A stretch of 64,000 nt of DNA from a bacterium (GCA_021849805.1 JAJZSL010000002.1:560-64559); one strand, 5' to 3'; positions 1-9,340 are shown, numbered from the stretch's first letter. Made by a program: numbers and translations. The notes: generated by a model from the sequence alone, not told the origin.

Positions 1-1
1 T

Positions 2-278
2 CGTCATTCCTGCGCAGGCAGGAATCCAGACCACGGTCAATACTCATGGTGGGAAGTAAGCGAAAAGTAGTATTCTGGTCCCCATATTGCTCTGGGGGCT
101 TTCTGTCACTGGTGCTACTCTAAGGGTTGATGTGAAGAAAGCCACTGGGGGCACGATGGCCAGTGTTACTTCTGAAAACTCTTTCCAATGAGAAAACAAT
201 GGCAGAGGCCATCGTCCATCACGAGGGTACGAGGGAAGCCCCACGGCGTTCTGGATTCCTGCCTCCGCAGGAATGACG
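2..278 (+). mobile_element. Family A inverted-terminal-repeat element, copy A1 (diverged, longer core)
   Basis: Left end cgtcattcctgcgcaggcaggaatccagac (2-30) and right end gttctggattcctgcctccgcaggaatgacg (248-278) are reverse complements. The ends and subterminal blocks (cacggtcaatactca.., ..acggcgttctgg) match the copies at 8943 and 9446. It starts 1 nt from the window edge, so the left flank is unseen. Confidence 0.7.
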
Positions 279-596
279 AAAAGGGGGCTAGAAATGACAG
301 AACGAGAGCAAAATAACGAGAAGAGAGTAGAATGATGAAAAGGGGGGCTGGAGTGACGGGATAAGAGCGGGAAGGAAAAAAGGAGGAAGGAGGAAAAGAG
401 AGCAAAATAACAAGAAGAGAGCAGAGTAACGGGAAAGAAGTCTGGAATAACGGTAAGAGAGCGAAACAACCAGGAGAATGCGGAATGACAAGAGAGCCGG
501 AATGACGGGAAGGGGGCGTCAGAATGAAAAATAGCAGGCAGAATGACTGGAAGAGATCGGGAATGACGGCAATAGACGATGGAATCAGGCTTCTAG
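279..596 (+). repeat. Purine-rich degenerate minisatellite (about 15 units of 17-22 bp) derived from the A right terminus GGAATGACG
   Basis: Head-to-tail units such as gaaatgacagaacgagagcaa, gaatgatgaaaaggggggctg, gaatgacgggaagggggcgtca and gaatgactggaagagatcgg. The plus strand is overwhelmingly A+G by eye. The minus-strand ORFs at 44-491 are low-complexity artefacts of this array. Confidence 0.75.
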
Positions 597-823
597 GGGA
601 GTCCCTTGCTGCTCATCAGTTTTATTCTGGAGAAGTCCTTGCAGTCTTTCAACTATTTCAAATTTCAAGTTTAGAGTGTTTTAACTAAAGCTAACTGTTG
701 ATGACAATGTCACGGGGATGTTCATCTCCTCGAATATGGGAAACATACTGCACTAGTACCCTTCTCTTTTTTTGCCATCAAACCTTAGTACTCTCTCTCT
801 AAAAGATGAGAACATGGAGGAGA

Positions 824-1150
824 TTAGAACTTCATCTTCACCATGGCTGCGTGCTCTTCATCGGAGCAGGGAGCGTTGAGTGGAACATTCGTAGAAGAGG
901 TAGGAGCACCAACAAGATTGTTGTTCAGTAAGTACTCTTCGAGCTCCTCTCCACTGATATCAGCCAACATAACTCCATTGATTTCCACGCAAGGAGAGAG
1001 TGGCTGCCCACTCTTCTGCTCCATTTCGAATCGGAATGCTGGATTTTTGATGATATCCTTTTCGGTATATTCTAGGGAATACTTGGCCATGATAGCGCGG
1101 ATACCGTTGCTCCAGCCGCAGGTTGTCTTGAGGTAAGCAGTAATATTCAT
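824..1150 (-). CDS. glutaredoxin-like thioredoxin-fold protein
   Basis: 108-aa ORF with an ATG start. It has a CGWS (CxxS) redox motif near the N-terminus in a Grx-like context (..KTTCGWSNGIRAIM.., ..VEINGVML..). Family assigned from recall only. Confidence 0.6.
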   Translation of the reverse strand: MNITAYLKTTCGWSNGIRAIMAKYSLEYTEKDIIKNPAFRFEMEQKSGQPLSPCVEINGVMLADISGEELEEYLLNNNLVGAPTSSTNVPLNAPCSDEEHAAMVKMKF

Positions 1151-1180
1151 GGAGAAGGGGTGTAATGAGTAAGATGAATG

Positions 1181-2878
1181 TTAGTGAGAAGAGTTTTCGC
1201 CGGGACGATATTCTTCTTCAGCGGCTTGCAGAGCAGCCCCAAAGCTGACCATGTCATCGGTACTACGAAGAGAATCAAAAGCATCTTTTTCTTTGAGCAA
1301 GGCCTCATCGCTATAAGAGGTAGCCTTGATGGAGAGTCCTAAGCGACGTTCTGCTTTATCAATTTTGATAACGCGAGCTTCTACTTCATCTCCTACTTTG
1401 AGGACATCCTTTACTTTTTCAACGCGATCTTCACTAATCTGAGAAATGTGAATGAGACCATCGATTCCACCATCAAGCTCTACAAAAGCTCCAAAGTTAG
1501 CGATTTTGCTGATTTTCTTTTTGATGATGTCACCAATTTTGTAATGACGATCGATTTCTTTCCAAGGATCTTCCTCAAGTTGTTTGACGCCAAGGCTGAT
1601 TCGCTGATTGGCTTTGTCAATATCAATGACAACAGCTTCAATCTCTTCATTTTTTTTGAGTACTTCACTGGGGTGATTGATCTTCTTATTCCAAGAGAGA
1701 TCAGAGACATGAATCATGCCATCAATTCCTTCTTCGAGTTCTACAAAGGCTCCGTAGGCGGTCATGTTGCGTACTTTTCCTTTGACTTGTTTGCCAATCA
1801 TGAAGCGTTGCTCGATTTCATCCCATGGATTGGACTCGAGCTGACGAACACCTAAGGAGATTTTTTGGTCTTCCTTGTTGACTCCTAGGACAACAGCTTC
1901 TACTTCTTGGCCCAAGGTCAAGACATCTGAAGGTCGTAGAATACGCTTGGTCCAAGAGAGCTCAGAAACATGAATGAGACCTTCAATTCCCTCCTCAATG
2001 GAAACAAAAGCTCCATAAGGCATGAGGTTACTAATTTTCCCTTTGACTCTAGCTCCTGTTGGAAAGCGTTCTTCGATTTTTTCCCAAGGATTGGATTGAA
2101 GTTGTTTGAGTCCAAGAGAAATCCGCTCTTTTTCTTTATTAATCTCGAGAATGACAACTTTAAGAAGATCTCCTGGCTTGAGAATTTCACTGGGATGAGT
2201 CAATCGTGCCCAAGACATATCGGTAATGTGGAGCAAGCCATCAATGCCATCAAGGTCAAGGAAAGCACCAAAATCTGTAGTGTTCTTTACAGTTCCTTCA
2301 ACAATATCTCCCACCGTTACCGTGGAGAGGAAATCTTGACGGCGTGTGTTACGAACAGCTTCAATAAGCTCACGACGGCTTAGCACGATGTTCTTGCGAT
2401 CTTCGTTGAGCTTAACAATTTTGAAATCATAGGTGTTACCAACAAACTGTTGAAGATCTTTGGGAGGAGTAATATCAACTTGAGAAGCTGGGAGAAAGGC
2501 TTCTACTCCTACATCGACGGTGAGACCGCCTTTAACAACAGATTTGACTTTACCTTGAATGATTCCTTCTGCTTGAAAGAGTTTGCAGATTTTTGCCCAG
2601 TTCTGACGCTGCGCTGCTTTGAGTCGAGAGAGCACAACCATCCCTTGGTCATTCTCTAAGCGGGCAAGGAGGACCTCTACCTCATCTCCTACTTCGATTT
2701 CTTCTGGATGATCAAATTCCGAAGAGGAGATGACTCCTTCGGATTTGTAGCCGATGTCGACCAAAAATTCTTTGGGCCTTTTTTCTAAAATGTATCCTTT
2801 AACAATACTACCTTCGCGGTAGTTTTTAACGGAGTTGGAGATGAGTTGCTGAAGGTCAGCGCTGCTAGTAGTTGTCAT
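1181..2878 (-). CDS. rpsA: 30S ribosomal protein S1
   Basis: 565 aa with six tandem S1 domains (recurring G.V..V...GAFV.L..GI.GL.H.S). Typical length. Confidence 0.95.
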   Translation of the reverse strand: MTTTSSADLQQLISNSVKNYREGSIVKGYILEKRPKEFLVDIGYKSEGVISSSEFDHPEEIEVGDEVEVLLARLENDQGMVVLSRLKAAQRQNWAKICKLFQAEGIIQGKVKSVVKGGLTVDVGVEAFLPASQVDITPPKDLQQFVGNTYDFKIVKLNEDRKNIVLSRRELIEAVRNTRRQDFLSTVTVGDIVEGTVKNTTDFGAFLDLDGIDGLLHITDMSWARLTHPSEILKPGDLLKVVILEINKEKERISLGLKQLQSNPWEKIEERFPTGARVKGKISNLMPYGAFVSIEEGIEGLIHVSELSWTKRILRPSDVLTLGQEVEAVVLGVNKEDQKISLGVRQLESNPWDEIEQRFMIGKQVKGKVRNMTAYGAFVELEEGIDGMIHVSDLSWNKKINHPSEVLKKNEEIEAVVIDIDKANQRISLGVKQLEEDPWKEIDRHYKIGDIIKKKISKIANFGAFVELDGGIDGLIHISQISEDRVEKVKDVLKVGDEVEARVIKIDKAERRLGLSIKATSYSDEALLKEKDAFDSLRSTDDMVSFGAALQAAEEEYRPGENSSH

Positions 2879-3142
2879 GTAAAAAAATCCAAGAAAAGAA
2901 CTTCAAAAATTGAAATTCCTTGCCGTTGCCCTTTCAAAGCAAACGTTGGAGCCAAGTACGCTATCAAAAAAAGAATTGATGGCAACTAGAAACTTATTTC
3001 CTTGACTCATTGTTCTTTTAAACTAGGTTGCGCTCTTCTCTTTAGTAAAACTCCTCCCATTTTAAAAAAATCTCCCGCAATAGATCTTCTGTAACTATTT
3101 TTTATTCCTTCCTTGCCAACCCTCCGATCTGACTTTTAACCC

Positions 3143-5218
3143 ATGAGAAAATATTCTCCTCTCTTCTTGTTACTTTTCCTTGCTTCTTTGCTCTCTTACT
3201 ATTGCTTCAAGAGAACTTCTCCTCTTGAATTCAAAAAGGTCGTTTCTACAAAGGTATCAAATTTTCTTGATCACTTAGAGCAGCGTCCTGACCTTCCCAA
3301 CGCGATTGCTTCCTCTCCTCTTCTCTCTCACTCGTTCTTTGCCAAAATTCTTGGAAAGAATAGTCAGCGTCATACTACCTTCTTGCCTTATCCAGCAGCT
3401 CCCGCCAAGGAACTCTCCGCACGAGAAGCAGTCGATTTTCCTGGAGCACGCGTTCTTGATTCTGCGGAGGAAGAGGTCTCTTTCTTTAAGGTGCGTCAGC
3501 GGCTCTTGGATGTTTCTGCTTCTTTTAAGTATCCGTATCTTCGAGTAGAAGAGCTTCTTGATAAGGAGAGTGGTAATCTTCTTCTCCGCTTAGAAATGGT
3601 TGCCAATACTTTCATGGTCGTTTTGCCAGAGGATCAGAGTCCTGAAAATTTCTTGTCGCTTCTCAACCCAAGGCCTACTGCTATGGAGCGTCTTAGTCAA
3701 ACTGAGCCCATTTATCGTGTGACCTATGATCCCAAGGATGTTTCTCTAGAGAGTCTTCCCAATGCTCTAGAGCAAGTCGTTCGTGTTTCTGGAGGAAAAT
3801 TTCAAGGAGAAGCCGATTATGTTGTTCATACTACGCAGCGCCCAAGCAATCCTCTCTACTACGATCAGTGGGGGCTCTGGAAGGTTAATGACATCGACTT
3901 TTCGAAACAACCGTACGATCAACTTGTCAATCGTTATGCTGCTCATTTGGATCAGTGGGTTCAAGGAAAAGAAGACATTTTCGATGAAGATCATGATTTC
4001 TCCACGTTGATGCCATGGCAGCACTATGTCAAAGCTATCGATTTTTCTAAACAAGTTTGTGCGTACCTGCGTACCGACAAAGTTAAAAAAAAGCTACGAA
4101 GTCAACCTAGGGATGCTTTTTCTACTCAGATTGGTATTAATGCTGAGGAGGGGTGGGATATTCGTACTTCAGCAGCATCAACGGTGGTTGCTGTTCTAGA
4201 TACGGGGATTCGCTACACGCATCACAATCTTAGTAATAATATGTGGCATAATCCCCATCCAGATCCTCAGATCAACGATCTCTATGGTAAAAACTTTTCA
4301 ATTGCTCCTGATGATCCCAACTTTTTCGCTAAAAGTGGTGACATTACTGATGATATGGGGCATGGCACACATTGTGCTGGCATCATTGGAGGAGAGGTCA
4401 ATCCTATGTTAGGAGTAGCTGGTGTAGCCTGGCATGTTCAGCTGATGGCTTGTAAAGTTTTTGGGCCTAGTGGATCTGGTGCAATGAGTGATATTATCGT
4501 GGCTATGGACTATGCCAAGGAACATGGTGCTCAGGTGATCAATGCAAGCTTGGGAGCCAATGTCCTTGTCTGTAAATCAGGTCGAGAAAAAGGAGATATT
4601 ATCTACTTTGATGGTACTAGTGGGAAAGTCATGAGGAGAGAGTTAACAAGTCTTCACGACAAAGGAATTATTTTGGTTGTCTCTTCGGGTAATAGTGGAG
4701 TTGATACTAAAAATCCTGGTTATTTTTATAATGATGACCATAAAAATAGATGGGTTTTTGAGAGTGAGCCAGCCTGCTTTAGTGATGATTTTGATAATGT
4801 CGTTTCTGTGGCTGCTACTGATTGTTTGGAATATTCTGAAGCAGGAAATGGTTTTTTGACACAAGAGCATTTGGCCTTCTATTCCGATAGTGGTCTCGAT
4901 GTCACTCTGGCAGCTCCCGGGAGCTTTATTTTATCAACCTACAATCAACATGATGATTCCTATGCTATTTTGGATGGTACATCCATGGCAGCTCCTTTTG
5001 TATCGGGAGCATTAGCCCTTATGAAGGAAGAGTTCCCAACATGGAGTGCACAGCAGCTCATTGATCATCTAGTGGCAACAGCTGATCCTCTTCCTTCTCT
5101 TAAGGGTAGGCTAAGAGGAGGGCGTCTCAATCTTGCTCGTGCTCTGCGACCAGCTCCAGATCAGCCAACTCAACCTCCTGCTCTCACGCCACCACCACCA
5201 CTTCCTCCTCTTCATTAA
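3143..5218 (+). CDS. secreted subtilisin-like serine protease (peptidase S8) with a long unassigned N-terminal region and a Pro-rich C-terminus
   Basis: N-terminal signal/anchor MRKYSPLFLLLFLASLL. Catalytic-triad motifs are VAVLDTGI (Asp), HGTHCAGIIGG (His) and GTSMAAPFVSGALAL (Ser). The C-terminal tail is PAPDQPTQPPALTPPPPLPPLH. Confidence 0.85.
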   Translation: MRKYSPLFLLLFLASLLSYYCFKRTSPLEFKKVVSTKVSNFLDHLEQRPDLPNAIASSPLLSHSFFAKILGKNSQRHTTFLPYPAAPAKELSAREAVDFPGARVLDSAEEEVSFFKVRQRLLDVSASFKYPYLRVEELLDKESGNLLLRLEMVANTFMVVLPEDQSPENFLSLLNPRPTAMERLSQTEPIYRVTYDPKDVSLESLPNALEQVVRVSGGKFQGEADYVVHTTQRPSNPLYYDQWGLWKVNDIDFSKQPYDQLVNRYAAHLDQWVQGKEDIFDEDHDFSTLMPWQHYVKAIDFSKQVCAYLRTDKVKKKLRSQPRDAFSTQIGINAEEGWDIRTSAASTVVAVLDTGIRYTHHNLSNNMWHNPHPDPQINDLYGKNFSIAPDDPNFFAKSGDITDDMGHGTHCAGIIGGEVNPMLGVAGVAWHVQLMACKVFGPSGSGAMSDIIVAMDYAKEHGAQVINASLGANVLVCKSGREKGDIIYFDGTSGKVMRRELTSLHDKGIILVVSSGNSGVDTKNPGYFYNDDHKNRWVFESEPACFSDDFDNVVSVAATDCLEYSEAGNGFLTQEHLAFYSDSGLDVTLAAPGSFILSTYNQHDDSYAILDGTSMAAPFVSGALALMKEEFPTWSAQQLIDHLVATADPLPSLKGRLRGGRLNLARALRPAPDQPTQPPALTPPPPLPPLH

Positions 5219-5296
5219 ATACAATGCTCAAACTTGGAAGAGGATTTCTATCTTCCGTCAGGATTTTCTACAGTTTTCTTCTTTCATCAAGTAGCT

Positions 5297-6391
5297 ATGA
5301 AGCCGCTCTTAGAGCATAGTGACTTTGATCAAAAGAAGAGCCTCTACGCTCTCTTGCTAAGAGAACTATCCGATGAGCTGGGGCGTTTGGGATTTCCGAG
5401 CTATCGAGCTCATCAGGTCATGGAGTGGCTCTATAAGAAGCGTGTTACCTCTTGGGATCAGATGCTCACTCTTCCACTTGCCCTTAGAGAGAAGCTCGTA
5501 GAGCACTACTCCCTTTTGCTTCCATCAGTAGTCACCGTTAGTGGGTCAGCAGATACTACTCAAAAATTTCTCCTTCGTCTTGCTGATGGAGAATTGATAG
5601 AAACAGTCTTGATTCCAGCTTCAAAGGCTCTCCAGGGAGCATCTTCAAATCGTCGTACCTTGTGTATCTCGAGTCAAGTTGGGTGTGCTTATGGATGTCG
5701 CTTTTGTGCGAGTGGACTTGATGGTTTTAAGCGTCATCTGAAGGTAGAGGAAATCGTTGCTCAAATTTTAGTCGTTGAGCAATTTTCCAACCAGCGTATC
5801 AACAACATTGTCTTCATGGGAATGGGGGAGCCTTTTGCAAATTTTGACCATCTCCTCCGAGCTCTTGAGATTATCAATGCTCCTTGGGGGATTCATCTGG
5901 CAGCTCGTAAAATCACCGTTTCCACCAGCGGGCTTGTCCCACGTATTCGCGATTTTGCTCATCGTCCAGAGCAAATTAGACTAGCTATTTCCCTACATGG
6001 AGCTAGTGATCAAGTTCGCTCTCAGATCATGCCTATCAATAAGCGTTATCCTCTAGCAGAGCTCATGGAGGCTTGTGCCTATTACGTCAAACGCAAGAAG
6101 CAGCTTCTTACCTTTGAGTATATTCTCATTGCAGGAGTGAATGATCAGCTGGAAGAAGCAACTCGTCTTGCCAATTATGCCAAACCACTTCGTGCTAAGG
6201 TCAATCTCATTCCTTACAATCGTGTTGAGGGTCTTCCTTGGGAACGACCTGCTGAAGCTGCTCAGCAAGCCTTTCTTCATGAGCTTCTCCGACATGGAGT
6301 TGCTGCAACAATTCGTTATCAAAAAGGTCATGATATTGATGCAGCTTGCGGACAGCTGCGTCGTAGGGAGCTTCTAGCGACTCCTGCTTAA
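5297..6391 (+). CDS. rlmN: 23S rRNA/tRNA adenine-C2 methyltransferase RlmN (radical SAM)
   Basis: CAYGCRFCASG (CxxxCxxC) cluster motif and GMGEP motif, with RlmN-type N- and C-terminal regions. Start moved from 5234 to the ATG at 5297 (MKPLLEH..). Confidence 0.9.
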   Translation: MKPLLEHSDFDQKKSLYALLLRELSDELGRLGFPSYRAHQVMEWLYKKRVTSWDQMLTLPLALREKLVEHYSLLLPSVVTVSGSADTTQKFLLRLADGELIETVLIPASKALQGASSNRRTLCISSQVGCAYGCRFCASGLDGFKRHLKVEEIVAQILVVEQFSNQRINNIVFMGMGEPFANFDHLLRALEIINAPWGIHLAARKITVSTSGLVPRIRDFAHRPEQIRLAISLHGASDQVRSQIMPINKRYPLAELMEACAYYVKRKKQLLTFEYILIAGVNDQLEEATRLANYAKPLRAKVNLIPYNRVEGLPWERPAEAAQQAFLHELLRHGVAATIRYQKGHDIDAACGQLRRRELLATPA

Positions 6392-6506
6392 AAGAGAAGC
6401 TGAGCTAAGGAAAAGGCGATTGTTGAAAGAATCGTTGATGGGAAGGATGAATATTTTTCTCTTGTTCACTTATTGCTTCGCTGAATAGCATAACTCTATT
6501 TTCCCC

Positions 6507-7259
6507 ATGAATGTTCTAATTCTAGCTGCAGGTTATGCAACGCGCCTCTACCCCTTGACGGAGAAGCAACCTAAGCCGCTTCTTCAAGTAGCTGGTAAGC
6601 CGATGATTGAATGGGTGATTGATAATTTGGAGTCAACACCTCAAGTGGATCGTTTCTTCATTGTGACCAATCACAAGTTTGCAGCTACGTTTCAAGCATG
6701 GGCAGGGGAGTATGCTCAGAGAAAACCAACCTTATCTCTTCAAATTATCGATGATGGTTCTTCCAGTGATGAGGATAAATTAGGAGCTATTGGTGATTTG
6801 CACTATGTCGTGCACCAGGAGGGAATCGCTGACCAAGACTTACTGGTCGTAGCAGGGGATAATCTCTTTAGTGAGTCAGTGAGCGCTTTTGCAGCGGCTG
6901 CTCAAGCCTATCCTGCTACTGTGGCTCTCTACGATGTTGGAGATCTTCAAGCTATCAAAAAATATAACAATATCACTACTGATGCTTCTGGAAGAATTAC
7001 TCACTTTGAAGAAAAGCCATCGCATCCTACAGGAACGCTTACAGGCATTGCGCTTTATTATTATCGTGCGGATGTGTTGCCCCTCATCGATACCTATATT
7101 GGCGAAGGGAACAATCCTGATCAGCCAGGGCGCTTGATTCAGTGGCTCTATCCCAGAGTCGAGGTGGGGACTTGGAAGGTTCCTGGTATTTGGTTTGATA
7201 TCGGAAGCAAAGAGACGCTAGAGGAAGCAAATAAGATTTTTGCCCGTTTTTTAAAATAA
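6507..7259 (+). CDS. sugar-phosphate nucleotidyltransferase family protein
   Basis: N-terminal MNVLILAAGYATRLYPLTEKQPKPLL (GxGxRL pyrophosphorylase loop). 250 aa. Substrate not assignable by eye. Confidence 0.8.
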   Translation: MNVLILAAGYATRLYPLTEKQPKPLLQVAGKPMIEWVIDNLESTPQVDRFFIVTNHKFAATFQAWAGEYAQRKPTLSLQIIDDGSSSDEDKLGAIGDLHYVVHQEGIADQDLLVVAGDNLFSESVSAFAAAAQAYPATVALYDVGDLQAIKKYNNITTDASGRITHFEEKPSHPTGTLTGIALYYYRADVLPLIDTYIGEGNNPDQPGRLIQWLYPRVEVGTWKVPGIWFDIGSKETLEEANKIFARFLK

Positions 7260-7399
7260 ATAATGCTTCAAGAGCACTTTTTCATTTTCACTCAAGTAAC
7301 CAATGATTCTCTCTTCTTTTGAAAAAACAGAGGAGAGTTCCAAGAAAAGAGCAAACTAGATGAGTTCTCTTTCTTCAGTTGCATAGACGACAATCTCCA

Positions 7400-8236
7400 A
7401 TGAATATCGATACCAAGGAGCTAGATCTTCTACCACTAGTTTCAAGCTCATCAACAAATTCTCGCCTCAACAGGGGAGGAGCTCTTCCCTTTCCACCCGA
7501 TGGTTTGGAGGGAGTTGTTCCAGCCAATCTTAGTAGCTCTACCTCTCTGCAGGCTCACTTCCAGCGAACGCCAAATGCTACGCTCAGCAGTAATGAGATT
7601 TTCTGCGATGTAGCGGTCCTTCCTGTTGCTAAAGAAATTCCTGTGGCTGCTCCCTATTCTCGTGGTGCAAAGAGGCTCCCTCAAGCTACCGCAGAAGTCA
7701 TTGTGGAATCTGCTAATGAGGAAGTGGAGGAAAATGATCACGAACATGTTCCATTTCCACTCTCCCCCTCCAGGGCTCGGTCTGATGATAGCAGGATAAC
7801 TTATAGTAACCCAGAGGATCAAAGGTTAGCCTCCTTCGATATCACTGGGCTGAGCGAAGAGTTGCAAAGTATCACTCCTGGGGAAGTGAGGACTTTTTTG
7901 GGAACGAAAGGAGAGGTCTCAGCGCTGCGTTATGCGATGAGTAAGTCTCTCTCAAGGACCCCTTCAGCATGGACTCAACAGGAGCGATACAATAGTGCGA
8001 TGAATCAAATTCTTCCTGCTTTTAGAAAGAGATTTGGTCTGTTTTCTAGAACAAGCTTAGAGAAAAAGCTACCGCAGTTTGCTCATGTAGTAAGACTTTG
8101 GGAAAACTTGCGCTATAAGCCTGGACTCACTACTGAAGAAAAAATCTTGCTTGAGGAGACATCGAAGAAAATAACAAATGCTTTCTTACTACTGCTGACC
8201 TACGCTCAAGATGCTCCACAACGGCCATCATCATGA
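7400..8236 (+). CDS. hypothetical protein (ORFan; Ser-rich disordered N-terminal half, helical C-terminal part)
   Basis: Long ORF. The first ATG is at 7400; the track start at 7379 is TTG. No motif recognised and no Sec signal. Confidence 0.5.
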   Translation: MNIDTKELDLLPLVSSSSTNSRLNRGGALPFPPDGLEGVVPANLSSSTSLQAHFQRTPNATLSSNEIFCDVAVLPVAKEIPVAAPYSRGAKRLPQATAEVIVESANEEVEENDHEHVPFPLSPSRARSDDSRITYSNPEDQRLASFDITGLSEELQSITPGEVRTFLGTKGEVSALRYAMSKSLSRTPSAWTQQERYNSAMNQILPAFRKRFGLFSRTSLEKKLPQFAHVVRLWENLRYKPGLTTEEKILLEETSKKITNAFLLLLTYAQDAPQRPSS

Positions 8237-8258
8237 AGGAGGGAGTAGAGATCCTTTT

Positions 8259-8798
8259 TTAAGAAAGTTCAACTTTCAATGTTTTCTTGCGCGAGAAGCG
8301 ATCAAAAAAATGGAGTTCTCCATGTTCCATGGCATATTCGTGGATAAGTTTAGTGACCTTCACATCAAAACAACAATAGTGAGCAATCTCCATGAGTTTT
8401 CCTTCACGCCACCAGCGGATAGCATCGAGACCATCAGCGATTTTACCAACTCCAAGGGTTGCTGTTGCAATAGAGTCCAAGGAGAGACGATGACCAGCAG
8501 CCCGTTCAACAACATCGAGTAGGTCAAGAGTAGGTAGGTGACGTGCTAAGTCCAAAATAGTGTATCCCATGAGAACTTCATAATCAAAGCGACGACTGTT
8601 GTAACCAACAACAAGGTCCGCTTTAGAGAGTTTTTCAATGAGCTGGGGAACTCTTTGTTCACTAAAAATTTCATACTGACCAGTTGCTCTACTATAAGTT
8701 ACCCCGAGTGATACTTTCATCTCCGCCTTGCGATCCCAGCCTCCGACGTCATTAGCAGTCCGCTGTGTTTCAAGATCAAAATAGAGGATGTTCTTCAT
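8259..8798 (-). CDS. RNase H-like / DEDD-type 3'-5' exonuclease domain protein
   Basis: 179 aa with FDLET near the N-terminus, then YN..FD and CCFDV acidic motifs in the order expected for the PolB-exonuclease-like (YprB-type) fold. Assigned by recall. Confidence 0.6.
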   Translation of the reverse strand: MKNILYFDLETQRTANDVGGWDRKAEMKVSLGVTYSRATGQYEIFSEQRVPQLIEKLSKADLVVGYNSRRFDYEVLMGYTILDLARHLPTLDLLDVVERAAGHRLSLDSIATATLGVGKIADGLDAIRWWREGKLMEIAHYCCFDVKVTKLIHEYAMEHGELHFFDRFSRKKTLKVELS

Positions 8799-8942
8799 AG
8801 GGAAATTCTAAAAACTGGAGCGAAATTATTTTTCTGCTGCTCCAGTGTGCTCTTCTCAATTTAATATACAATCACTACTGTCCAAAACAAAAATGATTCA
8901 TAGAAGAGAAATAGTCGAACATCCTTATTTCATCTCTATTAC

Positions 8943-9153
8943 CGTCATTCCCACGAACGTGGTCAACTCTCATGTTGGGAAATATTGTCTATGCTGCTCT
9001 CAGTGTTGCTCTGGGTGCTTGATTTCAGAGCTGCTTGATAGCGCTCTTAACAATGAAAATGATGAACAAAGATCGTACCAGACGCTCTCGCCCATCACAG
9101 TAGAAAGAGAAAACTCAACGGCGTTCTGGATTCCTGCCTTCGCAGGAATGACG
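8943..9153 (+). mobile_element. Family A element, copy A2 (left-end hairpin deleted)
   Basis: I count 5 mismatches to A3 over the right-hand ~175 bp. The right end gttctggattcctgccttcgcaggaatgacgg is intact. The left end reads cgtcattcc-cac-gaacgtgg, so it lacks the internal palindrome tgcggaggcaggaatcca. Confidence 0.8.
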
Positions 9154-9170
9154 GAGAGAGAGCAGGAATG

Positions 9171-9272
9171 ACGGGGGGGTCTAGTGACGACGGGGGGGCT
9201 AGTGATGACGGGGGGTCTAGTGATGACGGGGGGTCTAGTGATGACAAGCCTAGTGAGGAGGGGGCCTAGTAA
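9171..9272 (+). repeat. 18-bp tandem repeat acggggggtctagtgatg, about 5 units with G6-G7 tracts; the last units are decayed
   Basis: Read directly: acgggggggtctagtgacg / acgggggggctagtgatg / acggggggtctagtgatg (x2) / acaagcctagtgagg... The unit resembles the purine array unit gaatgacggg..ggggg. Confidence 0.85.
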
Positions 9273-9340
9273 TAAATCTCTCGTTCTTCAATGCCATCTT
9301 TAGTCTAACATGAGACTTTAGCTAGATCTTAGAATCACTA

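Noticed and set aside
44-491. Three overlapping minus-strand ORFs (141, 79 and 67 aa).
   Set aside because: They are low-complexity S/F/L/P translations of the A1 element and the purine array, with no start context or conserved features.
1448-2383. Two mutually similar plus-strand ORFs (135 and 137 aa, both starting MNET..) antisense to rpsA.
   Set aside because: Their similarity mirrors the repeated S1 domains on the coding strand. They are antisense frames kept open by codon bias.
9171-9272. Possible CRISPR array, suggested by short direct repeats.
   Set aside because: The 18-bp units are contiguous with no spacers, there are no cas genes in the window, and the unit is a variant of the family A flank array.
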